Below the pieces are notes generated by a model. The model worked only from the letters and a program-made list of their open reading frames with translations, was not told where the DNA came from and ran no database searches. 40,679 nucleotides of DNA from contig CAZKEX010000001.1 in NCBI GenBank assembly GCA_964551895.1, positions 5,020 through 45,698 on the forward strand, in the 5' to 3' direction. Of this stretch, positions 25,011 to 32,668 are shown piece after piece. The DNA comes from an uncultured Caldilineaceae bacterium. GTDB taxonomy: Bacteria > Chloroflexota > Anaerolineae > Caldilineales > Caldilineaceae. Within the stretch, counting starts at the first letter, position 1. The number at the start of each line of letters is the position of its first letter. The position numbers were made by a program, and so were the translations under genes.

Positions 25011-27434
25011 CCCAAGCCTTGCCGCGGCCACGGCCACCTGCCCCAGGCTGATCCCCCCATCGTTGGGCGGAACCTGGCGGTGGAGCAGCGCCTCAAAACC
25101 GGCCCGGCGCAAGGCCTGGGCGGTCTGCTCGGTGAGCCGTCGATTTTGGAAGCAGCCGCCGCTGAGGGCGATGCGGGGGTCGCCCACGGCTTGGGCCACG
25201 GCCACGGCCCCGGCCACCAAGCCATTGTGGAAACGTCCCGCCATGATACCGGGTTCCACGCCCCGGCGCAAGTCGGAGAGGATGGCGGCGATGGTGGGGC
25301 GCCAGTCGAGGAGGAGGGGATTGGGGATTGGGGATTGGGGATTGGGGATTGGGGGATTGGGGATTGGGGGATTGGAAGATTGGGAGATTGAGAAGGGATA
25401 GGCGCCGGTTTCCGATGGATCGGCGGCGTATTCTAGATCCATGGCGGCTTGGCCTTCGAAGGTGACCTGTTGGCGCAGGCCGATGAGGGCGGCGATGGCG
25501 TCGAAGAGACGACCGGCGCTGGTGGTGAGGGGGGCGTTGATCCCCTTGCGCAACATCTGGCCCAGGACGCGCCGCTCGGTGGCGGTCATGGCCTGGAGGG
25601 GGGGCAGGTCCATCTGATTCAACGCCTCTTCGCCCATGATCTCCCAGAGCAGGGCCAGGGCCACTCGCTTGGGCTGGCGCACGGCCGCATCCCCACCGGG
25701 CAGGCGGAAGGGGCGCAGATGGCCCACCCGCTCCACCCCCGCCGCATCCCCCAGCAGAAACTCCCCGCCCCAGATCGTGCCGTCCGGCCCGTAGCCCGTG
25801 CCGTCCCAAATGATCCCCAAGGCCGAACCGTCCACCCCGTTGTCCGCCAAACAGGCGGCCAGGTGGGCGTGGTGGTGTTGGACAGGGACCAATGGCGAAT
25901 GGCGAATGGCAAATGGTGTAGCGACTGATTGGTTAATCGGTTGATTGGTTGATCGACAATCTCCCAATCTCCCAATCTCTCCCTCGCCATTCGCCATTCG
26001 CCATTCGCCATTCGCCATTCGCGTGGACAGATAGTCCGGGTGCAGGTCGTGGGCGATGGCGGTGGGGGTGGCTGCGTAGAGGCGGAGGAAGTCGGCGATG
26101 ACGCGGTGGAAGGCGGCCAGGGACTCGGCGCTTTCCAGGTCGCCGATGTGTTGGCTGAGGAAGACGTTGCGGCCCACGCTGAGGGCGACGGTGTTTTTGA
26201 GGTGGGCGCCCACGGCCAGGATGGTGGGGGCGGGCCGGGGCAGAACCACGGGCAGGGGGGCGTAGCCCCGCGCCCGGCGCAGGAACTGGGACTGGCCGTC
26301 CACGATCCACAGCACGCTGTCGTCCACGTGCCGGGCGATGGGGCGGTTGTGGGTCAGGAAGGCGTCGGCGATGTGGCCCAGACGGTCCGCGGCCTCGTCG
26401 TTGTCGATGCAGATAGGTTCGTCGCTGAGGTTGCCGCTGGTGGCGACGAGGGGACGGTCAACCGACCGACACAATAGATGGTGGAGCGGGGTGGACGCCA
26501 CCATGATCCCGACGTTGGGATTTCCTGGGGCCACGGCACGGGCCAAGACACGGCTTTTTTCGTCCTTTTCCAAAAGAAGAATGGGGGCTTCTGCGGATAG
26601 CAGAAGCGCTTCGGCCTGTTGGGAGATGATGGCAAAGTGACGGGCCTGGGCCACGTCCCGGACCATGACGGCCAGGGGTTTGTGGGGACGGGGCTTGCGG
26701 TCCCGCAGACGTTGGACAGCGAGGGCGTTGGTGGCATCGGCCATGAGGTGGAAGCCGCCGAGACCTTTGACGGCGACGATTTGGCCAGCCTTCAACGCAT
26801 CGACTGCCCCCTGCAGTGCCTCGCCATTCGCCATCCGCCATTCGCCATTCGCCCCAAATCTGAGCGCTGGCCCGCACACCGGGCAGGCGTTGGGCTGGGC
26901 GTGGAAGCGGCGGTTGAGCGGGTCGGTGTATTCGGCGTGGCAGGCGGGGCAGAGGGGGAAGCCGGCCATGGTGGTGTTGGGCCGGTCATAGGGCAGGGCT
27001 TGGACGATGGTGAAGCGGGGGCCGCAGTCGGTGCAGTTGGTGAAGGCGTAGGCGTGGCGGCGGTCCGCGGGGTCCAACACCTCGGCCAGGCAGGCCGGGC
27101 AGGTGGCCAGGTCGGGCAGGACGAGGACGGTCTTGGGGCCGACGTGGTCGCTGTGGCGGATCTGGAAATCGGCGAAATCGGCGGGGTCGAGCTGTTCGGT
27201 GGTAAATTCCTGGATGCGGGCGTGGGGCGGGTGGTCCCGGCGGATGCGGGCCACGAAGCCGTCCAATTGGGCCGGGTCGCCCTGGGCCTCGATGAAGACG
27301 CCCCGGCTGTCGTTGATCACCCAGCCGGTGAGACCCAGATCCCCGGCCAGTCGGTAGACAAAGGGGCGAAAGCCCACCCCCTGCACCGCCCCCCGAATCT
27401 CGATCCGCACCCGCTGGGGACGCTCAACAGCCAT
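25008..27434 (-). CDS. hypF: Carbamoyltransferase HypF (acylphosphatase + 2 Zn-finger + YrdC + Kae1-like domains) carrying three in-frame repeat-encoded segments
   Basis: 808 aa with GGAGGG upstream of ATG 27434. Domain motifs: acylphosphatase GAVQGVGFRPFVYRLA; CPACLAEV...CTDCGPRFT and CPACHAEY...CPVCGP; VAVKGLGGFHLMADA; VQHHHAHLAAC. The repeat-derived peptides are ANGEWRMANGE, MANGEWRMANGEGEIGRLGDCRSTNQPINQSVATPFAIRHSP and SNPPIPNPPIPNPQSPIPNP. Confidence 0.93.
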   Translation of the reverse strand: MAVERPQRVRIEIRGAVQGVGFRPFVYRLAGDLGLTGWVINDSRGVFIEAQGDPAQLDGFVARIRRDHPPHARIQEFTTEQLDPADFADFQIRHSDHVGPKTVLVLPDLATCPACLAEVLDPADRRHAYAFTNCTDCGPRFTIVQALPYDRPNTTMAGFPLCPACHAEYTDPLNRRFHAQPNACPVCGPALRFGANGEWRMANGEALQGAVDALKAGQIVAVKGLGGFHLMADATNALAVQRLRDRKPRPHKPLAVMVRDVAQARHFAIISQQAEALLLSAEAPILLLEKDEKSRVLARAVAPGNPNVGIMVASTPLHHLLCRSVDRPLVATSGNLSDEPICIDNDEAADRLGHIADAFLTHNRPIARHVDDSVLWIVDGQSQFLRRARGYAPLPVVLPRPAPTILAVGAHLKNTVALSVGRNVFLSQHIGDLESAESLAAFHRVIADFLRLYAATPTAIAHDLHPDYLSTRMANGEWRMANGEGEIGRLGDCRSTNQPINQSVATPFAIRHSPLVPVQHHHAHLAACLADNGVDGSALGIIWDGTGYGPDGTIWGGEFLLGDAAGVERVGHLRPFRLPGGDAAVRQPKRVALALLWEIMGEEALNQMDLPPLQAMTATERRVLGQMLRKGINAPLTTSAGRLFDAIAALIGLRQQVTFEGQAAMDLEYAADPSETGAYPFSISQSSNPPIPNPPIPNPQSPIPNPLLLDWRPTIAAILSDLRRGVEPGIMAGRFHNGLVAGAVAVAQAVGDPRIALSGGCFQNRRLTEQTAQALRRAGFEALLHRQVPPNDGGISLGQVAVAAARLG
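25317..25393. repeat. (GGGGATT)n/(GAGATTGG) array inside hypF coding sequence
   Basis: ggggattggggattggggattggggattgggggattggggattgggggattggaagattgggagattgag. On the minus strand it is translated in-frame as SISQSSNPPIPNPPIPNPQSPIPNP. Confidence 0.9.
25889..26023. repeat. Composite repeat inside hypF: inverted (GCCATTC)n arrays flanking TTGATTGG and CAATCTCC units
   Basis: Order is ccaatggcgaatggcgaatggcaaatgg, then gattggttaatcggttgattggttgatcg, then acaatctcccaatctcccaatctc, then cgccattcgccattcgccattcgccattcgccattcgcg. It is read in-frame between the conserved HypF blocks HPDYLST and VQHHHAH. Confidence 0.9.
26818..26853. repeat. (GCCATTC)x5 array inside hypF coding sequence
   Basis: gcctcgccattcgccatccgccattcgccattcgcc. 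It encodes ANGEWRMANGE in the linker between the second Zn finger and the YrdC-like domain. Confidence 0.9.
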
Positions 27435-27481
27435 GATCCCACCCTCCTCTGAGGGGAGCCCATGAGACCCAAAAGGGATTG

Positions 27482-28168
27482 TCAGCTCTTGGCATGTTTG
27501 GCGAGTCCTTCCAGCTTTTCTCGATCGGAAATCATGAACTCTGTACGTTTGATCCGCACTACGCCTTCATCCGAGAACCGATACATCAATCTGCACACCA
27601 TCTCGCTTGTTGAACCGATCCGAGCGGCCATTTCGTCCAGGCTCATGTCTCGTTTCATATAGTCGCCCTCGGCATCCTCGCCGTAGTGGCTAAGGATAAG
27701 ACTCGCCAGACGGCTGGCGACGGGCTGAAAGGCCAACCCCTCGAGCATGTCGCTGGCCAGTTTCATCCGTGTGACCATCAAACGAGCCAACTCCCACGAT
27801 ACACGCCCATACTCGAACAGGATCGGCGTCAGGCTCTCTTGGGACCAGAGATGAATTTCGCTCTTCCGGTTGGTGATCAGTGCAACCTGCATGGGCATCT
27901 GTGTCTGAAAGAAGCCCATACCCCAAAAAACCTCCCCAGGTTTCATTGTAAAAAGGATCAATCTGCGCCCCTCGCTCGATTCTTTTATGGCGGTGACATT
28001 GCCACTCTCCACAATGAATAGATAAGGCCAATCGTCCCCGTGATGGCTTATCCAGTGATCCTTTGGATACTTTCGGGAGATCGCCAACTCGGCCAGGTTG
28101 CTTCTATCGGCCTCACTCAGGTGTGAGAAAACTGGGTTGTTGAGCAGTAACTTAGACAGCGACATCAT
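27482..28168 (-). CDS. Crp/Fnr family transcriptional regulator (no N-terminal Cys cluster; Dnr/NnrR-like class possible)
   Basis: 228 aa with a cNMP-binding beta-barrel region and a C-terminal HTH, MSLDEMAARIGSTSEMVCRLMYRFSDEGVV, carrying an E--(S/C)R-type recognition helix. GC is ~50%. It ends 47 nt upstream of hypF. Confidence 0.88.
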   Translation of the reverse strand: MMSLSKLLLNNPVFSHLSEADRSNLAELAISRKYPKDHWISHHGDDWPYLFIVESGNVTAIKESSEGRRLILFTMKPGEVFWGMGFFQTQMPMQVALITNRKSEIHLWSQESLTPILFEYGRVSWELARLMVTRMKLASDMLEGLAFQPVASRLASLILSHYGEDAEGDYMKRDMSLDEMAARIGSTSEMVCRLMYRFSDEGVVRIKRTEFMISDREKLEGLAKHAKS

Positions 28169-28239
28169 GGTCCCCTTCTCAGAAACTGAAAACGTCTGGT
28201 TGTTGACTTGCCTAAAGGCAAGGCATTGCAGAGAAGATC

Positions 28240-28255
28240 GTGATAAACTTCACAA
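28240..28255. promoter_or_regulatory. Candidate Crp/Fnr-family operator in divergent promoter region
   Basis: cGTGAtaaactTCACa matches TGTGA-N6-TCACA at 9/10 positions. It lies 72 nt upstream of the crp-like start and 88 nt upstream of the lipoprotein ATG. A second palindrome, CTTGCC-TAAA-GGCAAG, is at 28208-28223. Confidence 0.3.
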
Positions 28256-28342
28256 TATCGCCAACAAGCCCTTTTGTTCAGTCTTGTTGGCGAGAAATCG
28301 GGGTTTCAAACCATCAATAGTTCTTCAGAAAGGACAGGCGAA

Positions 28343-29158
28343 ATGAGGAAACCGTATCTCGTTCTTGCGATATTGCTTACTGTTGCCATGTTATTCTCGG
28401 CATGTACCCCCATTGCCCCTGGGTTGCCACCGCCTACGGCAAAGGCAGCGTCCGCCGTTGCGGTGGCCCCTGTTGACACGGCTGCGCCCCCAGCAGTAGA
28501 TGGGTTTGTATGGGATCAGGCCTATATTGCTGAAGTCCCTCCGATCATGATGATTGAACCATACTTCGGGATTTTTGGACAATCGGACGTCCCTGTTCCC
28601 TATTATTACGCAGAGGCCGTCAAATTAGCGGGTCATTCTTGTGGCGCTGTAACGGGCGCGTGGACGATTTCCCGCAAAGCGCTTGAAGTACTCTACCCCG
28701 ACGGAGAGATTCCGGTACGCGGTCAGATCGCTGTAGAGGCCCCCGGGGCCGAGGATGAATGGTTTGTCGGTGTGTTTGGCGAGGTCATTACCTTTGTCAC
28801 AGGCGCTGCGCCGAAAACAGGCTTTATCGGCGCAGAGTTTGGGAAAGCCAATCAGCTCTTTGTACGCCAAAACAAGATGGTCTACACAGAAGAGCCAACC
28901 GGCCAGCTTCATCCCATGAGAGAGTGGGTCTTCACCCGTCTTGATACAGGGGCAAAGGTGGGCGTCAAGTTCAATCTTGCCGTGATCACACCGATTGCAA
29001 CGCCTGAACGCCAGGCAATGGGACAAAAGATGGCCATAGGCGCAGCGACACCCGAAGAGGCCGCTGATTTTATCCAATACTGGAACGACAGGGCGACATT
29101 TGTATTGGAAAACGCAGATACCATGGACGGTTTCTTCACTGTCACAGTTTACGAATGA
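28343..29158 (+). CDS. Lipoprotein of unknown function (weak FmdE/FwdE-like HxCxG...TG....G...GK pattern)
   Basis: ORF 28274..29158. I moved the start to ATG 28343 (MRKPYLVLAILLTVAMLFSAC, lipobox). AGHSCGAVTGAW ... VITFVTGAAPKTGFIGAEFGKANQLF loosely resembles the FmdE-family motif order. The similarity is by eye only. Confidence 0.7.
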   Translation: MRKPYLVLAILLTVAMLFSACTPIAPGLPPPTAKAASAVAVAPVDTAAPPAVDGFVWDQAYIAEVPPIMMIEPYFGIFGQSDVPVPYYYAEAVKLAGHSCGAVTGAWTISRKALEVLYPDGEIPVRGQIAVEAPGAEDEWFVGVFGEVITFVTGAAPKTGFIGAEFGKANQLFVRQNKMVYTEEPTGQLHPMREWVFTRLDTGAKVGVKFNLAVITPIATPERQAMGQKMAIGAATPEEAADFIQYWNDRATFVLENADTMDGFFTVTVYE

Positions 29159-29184
29159 GCATAGAATGAGTGTGTCATCGTTCA

Positions 29185-29230
29185 CCCCTCGGCCCCGTTC
29201 GACATGAACTCAGCCGAACGGGGCCGGGGG
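29185..29230 (+). terminator. GC-rich hairpin downstream of lipoprotein gene (terminator/attenuator candidate, no clear U-tract)
   Basis: cccctcggccccgttcg-N13-cgaacggggccggggg, with a 12-bp perfect core stem. Confidence 0.4.
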
Positions 29231-29311
29231 ATGAGCGATGACGAATCAAGGGAGGCAGCGTCCGTGTTGTGTTGATCCAGTCTCGATTTTCTACAACCTA
29301 AGGGGCGTAAA

Positions 29312-30187
29312 ATGAGAGAAACTCCACAAAAAAACCGTATGGGCATGGCCATCGTTGCCATCGCGGTCGGTCTACTCATGATCTCAGTTATTCCGTACAT
29401 GGTACAGACTGCCCTTGAAAGAGTGCTGATCCACTTACTTGAGCATGTAAAAACAAATCCTGCCTTTTCCAGCGGTATTAAACTCTTCGACTTCTTCTAC
29501 CCGATCTGGCGAGCGCTTATCTTTGTGGCCGGCATTGCCTTGATCGTCATCTCCCCAGGGATCAAAAGAGGAGAAGAGTGGACCTATCCTCTGGCAATGG
29601 TTCTTTTCGCCCTACCCTCGATCGGCGGCATGTTCATGTTTCTACCCTATATCAGTTTTGTGCCCGGGTTCCCCCTTCCGCTGATCATCTCTGCTATTGG
29701 GTTGACAGGTTACTGGAGTTTCATCTTCTTGCGTAAGGCAGAGAAGATGCAAAAATGGACACGTTTCGGCGCATTGACCTTCATCGGCATGTTGGCCACA
29801 CATGCTTTCACCATTGGCGTCGGCGCCCAGCGCCAGATGTGGACCCGCCCTGGACACCCCCTGTACCAAGATTTCTCATGGTGGCTGTTCAATTGGGTTG
29901 GAGAGGTCAACTGGGTGGCGGTGATCCTGCTCGTCGCTTCGATTCCATTACTGGCGGTCGGCAGGCGCTCAGGCTGGTGGTTGGCAGTTATCGGCGCTGT
30001 CTCCATCCTGGCAATAGACGCCCCAACACAGTTCGTCCGCACAAGTACATTTGATTACCTTTACGGCTCGCTTCTTGCGATCGGCGTGTTGGTCTTCCTT
30101 TTGACCCCCTATTTCAAGAAACACCTGCTAAACGAAGCGGAAGCTGAGAGTCAATCTACAACCCATTCACCACTAGCAAAACCTTAA
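29312..30187 (+). CDS. Polytopic membrane protein (about 8 TM), unknown function
   Basis: 291 aa with ~8 hydrophobic helices by eye. The Trp-rich helix WWLFNWVGEVNWVAVILL is followed by GRRSGWWLAVIGAVSILA, and the next gene has the same arrangement. Confidence 0.75.
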   Translation: MRETPQKNRMGMAIVAIAVGLLMISVIPYMVQTALERVLIHLLEHVKTNPAFSSGIKLFDFFYPIWRALIFVAGIALIVISPGIKRGEEWTYPLAMVLFALPSIGGMFMFLPYISFVPGFPLPLIISAIGLTGYWSFIFLRKAEKMQKWTRFGALTFIGMLATHAFTIGVGAQRQMWTRPGHPLYQDFSWWLFNWVGEVNWVAVILLVASIPLLAVGRRSGWWLAVIGAVSILAIDAPTQFVRTSTFDYLYGSLLAIGVLVFLLTPYFKKHLLNEAEAESQSTTHSPLAKP

Positions 30188-30197
30188 GGAGCGTATC

Positions 30198-30983
30198 GTG
30201 AAAAACAACACTAAACTTGGAGCCGCTTTAGCCATCGTCGGTATCGTGGCCGGGCTACTAACATTCTATCTACTTGCCCTAACGTACAATCCGGTCATAG
30301 ACAGCCATGTCGCCGTTGGGCGGCCAGATGAGGCCAATACAGTGCGATTTGTATTTGCGTTCCTCGGTTGGCTGGGGGTAGCCGCCGGCGCACTTTGCGT
30401 ATCCGTGCTGTATGGCTTCTTAAAAAAGCAGCCGTGGGCGTGGTTTTGGGGAGTGGTGGCTGGCACTATTCTCCTGTTGTCCGGGTTTTTCCCGATGATT
30501 CCCGCTGCCGATGGCGGGGTGACGCCTATCACGGGCATCGTCTTCTTCTTGGCGGCCATCCTCTGGTTTGGGATGCTTTTCGTTGGTGGCGTCAACAAAA
30601 AGATCATTGCGCTTCTGTTCGTGACCGGATTGGCCTATGTGTTGACCTTTATCAACGGCGTGGCCCCCATCTCCAGATACCAGACCACAGAGGGTTTCTG
30701 GAACGGCTACTTTGTCATATCACAGCAGCTGAACTGGTGGAGCGCGGCAGCCTGGGCGGTCTTCAGCTTTGGTGTCCTTAAACAGAAATCCTGGGCGGTG
30801 CCCCTGGGTATCTTCGCCGGATCGTTGTCCATGATCGCCGGATTCCCAATGGCCATCAACAACATGCAGATCATGAACCGATTCTCCATGTTTTTGCCAG
30901 GCCCCATAATGAGCGCAATCATGCTCATTATTATCCTGCTGCCCAATACGCAGAAGCTTCTTGCAACCTGGCAAAACGAATAG
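30198..30983 (+). CDS. Polytopic membrane protein (about 8 TM), apparent paralog of 29312..30187
   Basis: GTG start at 30198 with AAGGAG at 30186-30191, 10 nt after the preceding stop. LNWWSAAAWAVFSFGVLKQKSWAVPLGIFAGSLSMIA parallels the upstream protein. Confidence 0.75.
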   Translation: MKNNTKLGAALAIVGIVAGLLTFYLLALTYNPVIDSHVAVGRPDEANTVRFVFAFLGWLGVAAGALCVSVLYGFLKKQPWAWFWGVVAGTILLLSGFFPMIPAADGGVTPITGIVFFLAAILWFGMLFVGGVNKKIIALLFVTGLAYVLTFINGVAPISRYQTTEGFWNGYFVISQQLNWWSAAAWAVFSFGVLKQKSWAVPLGIFAGSLSMIAGFPMAINNMQIMNRFSMFLPGPIMSAIMLIIILLPNTQKLLATWQNE

Positions 30984-31003
30984 CGTCTCTTTTCAACAAA
31001 CTG

Positions 31004-31094
31004 GAGAGAAACTGGGTTTTTGAACAATAGCTGTGCCATTCCAGAGATCGACAAAGACCCAGTTTCTCTCACCTTCCTGAGATACTGAGAAGGT
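31004..31094 (+). promoter_or_regulatory. Two consecutive hairpins in the leader of the 12-TM gene
   Basis: gagagaaactgggt (31004-31017) pairs with acccagtttctctc (31057-31070), a 14-bp perfect stem. It is followed directly by accttc (31071-31076) pairing with gaaggt (31089-31094). Confidence 0.4.
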
Positions 31095-31126
31095 ATACGA
31101 AACACTCAAGCATCGGAGTCGCGCTT

Positions 31127-32668
31127 ATGCAAGCTCTAACAACTCGTTTCAACTATCTCTTCCGCTCCACCAGGGGCTTGGCGTTGGTTGCCATCGCTGT
31201 GGTTGCTCTGATAACAGCTGTTTGGGGAACGCTATCCGGCCCGATGGTCGAGTGGGGTATACGCGATATCACAGTCAAGGTGTTGGGCATGGATCTGGTG
31301 CAGGCCGACCGTGAAGGCCGCATCATCATGCTCTATCACACCATCTCCATGACGGTTATTGCCATTGAAGTCTATTTCATGACCGAAATCCTGCCCATGA
31401 AACGCTATGAGCAGGTTTTCATCAACGCCACCATCACCGTGGGCTATCTCACTGCGGTCATCTTTGGCCTGTTCTTTGGCTATTTTGGCCACAACTTCGC
31501 CTTCCACGGTCTCTTCCTGGTTGGTCAGTCGTTGGTGTTTTTCGCTGGCCTACTGTTGGCCGCCGCCCTTTGGCCCTGGCGTAAAGAGTACCGTCTAGCC
31601 CCGGATTCGCCCTATGCCCACACCAAGAAAGGCACGGATCTAGAGCGTGCGGCCTTTTTCGTTATGGTCGTCATGACACTCATTTCCGCCACCTGGGGCG
31701 CTGTGGCTGGCTCCTTCTGGGCCAATGGACATGAGACCTTCTTGGCCGAAGATCTGATTCGCCTGCCAAACAAGGCGGCGCTTCAGAAGGCCATCATCGG
31801 CCACCTGCACATCATGCTGACCCTGGTCGCCGTCGCCATCACCTTGATTGTCGGTAGATGGATGGATTTTCAGGGCAAGCTTCATAAAGTCGCCATGCCC
31901 ATGATGATTCTCGGCACCATCGTCACCACCTTTGGGGCCTTGTCCATCGTCTGGCTTCCCTGGGGCCACACCACCATCTACGGCGGCTCGACCCTGATCC
32001 TGCTAGCCGCTCTATTCTACGTTATCTTCTCGTGGAACAAGCTGATCCAGGATCGCATCGCCGAGCAGGGCATCGAAAAGGCGACCTTCTTCCAGAAGAT
32101 CGCCGCCCTGCTGCATGACCCACTCAAGTTTGGCACTGGCTGGCAGATGGTCTTCATGAACTTCACGGTTAGTGGGATCGGCATCTTCATGGCCGTCAAG
32201 CTGACAGAGATCTTCCGTGTCTGGCCGCACCGGGAAGAGCGCATCATCTTGACCGGGCACTGGCATATTCTGGCAGGGCTCGTCGCCACGATTATCCTTC
32301 TCTACTACGGGGACCTCTCTGGTCTTAAAGGCAAGACTCGCAAATGGTACGGTTGGCTGATCATCATCGGCTCCAACATCGCCTTTGCCTCCGCCACAAT
32401 CTTCTCGATGAAGCGGCTCTTCGTCACCGAATACGAACAGCAGCCTGTGGTCAACACCCTCATGCTGCTGATGGACGGGGGGCTGGCCCTGCTTCTGATC
32501 ATACTTGCCATTTTCCTGGGATGGCGACTGATCGATCTATTCAGGAAAACCGGCGTCTGGAGCAAAGAATTTGCTGCGGAAAGGAAGTCTAACGCAGAAA
32601 TCGATCTGGCAGAACAGAAGCGCAAAATGGCAGAACTCCAGGCAACACTGGATGAGGTGTCAAAATGA
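31127..32668 (+). CDS. 12-TM His-rich membrane protein; candidate highly divergent heme-copper-oxidase/NOR subunit-I-like protein
   Basis: 513 aa with 12 hydrophobic helices by eye. His71 is in TM2 (LYHTIS). GHLH (H226/H228) is in TM6. GH281 follows TM7. GHWHILAGL (H378/H380) is in TM10. The C-terminal tail is charged and coiled. The stop overlaps the next gene's ATG (ATGA). Confidence 0.8.
   Translation: MQALTTRFNYLFRSTRGLALVAIAVVALITAVWGTLSGPMVEWGIRDITVKVLGMDLVQADREGRIIMLYHTISMTVIAIEVYFMTEILPMKRYEQVFINATITVGYLTAVIFGLFFGYFGHNFAFHGLFLVGQSLVFFAGLLLAAALWPWRKEYRLAPDSPYAHTKKGTDLERAAFFVMVVMTLISATWGAVAGSFWANGHETFLAEDLIRLPNKAALQKAIIGHLHIMLTLVAVAITLIVGRWMDFQGKLHKVAMPMMILGTIVTTFGALSIVWLPWGHTTIYGGSTLILLAALFYVIFSWNKLIQDRIAEQGIEKATFFQKIAALLHDPLKFGTGWQMVFMNFTVSGIGIFMAVKLTEIFRVWPHREERIILTGHWHILAGLVATIILLYYGDLSGLKGKTRKWYGWLIIIGSNIAFASATIFSMKRLFVTEYEQQPVVNTLMLLMDGGLALLLIILAIFLGWRLIDLFRKTGVWSKEFAAERKSNAEIDLAEQKRKMAELQATLDEVSK

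Noticed and set aside
10623-27452. Long antisense ORFs opposite well-supported genes (10623..11687+, 11931..13148+, 15078..16454+, 17876..19132-, 19187..20764-, 22233..23198+, 23265..24455+, 26619..27452+; the same applies to 37977..39914+, which lies outside this coordinate span)
   Set aside because: Each overlaps a gene with clear family motifs on the other strand. Their products are Gly/Arg/Pro/His-rich with no recognisable domains. These are high-GC shadow ORFs.
27482-28168. Oxygen-sensing FNR proper ([4Fe-4S] type)
   Set aside because: The N-terminus (MMSLSKLLLNNPVFSHL) has no Cys cluster, and the only Cys is in the HTH. It is therefore called generically Crp/Fnr family, with a Dnr/NnrR-like class only as a possibility.
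29312-30187. The 8-TM protein as heme A synthase (CtaA/COX15), suggested by 8 TMs and proximity to ctaB
   Set aside because: It lacks the paired conserved His (and Cys) pattern in TM2/TM4 and TM6/TM8 that is typical of CtaA. Only one intramembrane His (ATHAFT) is seen.
31127-32668. Annotating the 12-TM protein outright as cytochrome c oxidase / NorB subunit I
   Set aside because: The canonical helix VII HH pair, the GHPEVY Tyr and other signature blocks are absent, and I cannot run a profile search. It is kept as a hypothesis (a finding), not as an annotation.
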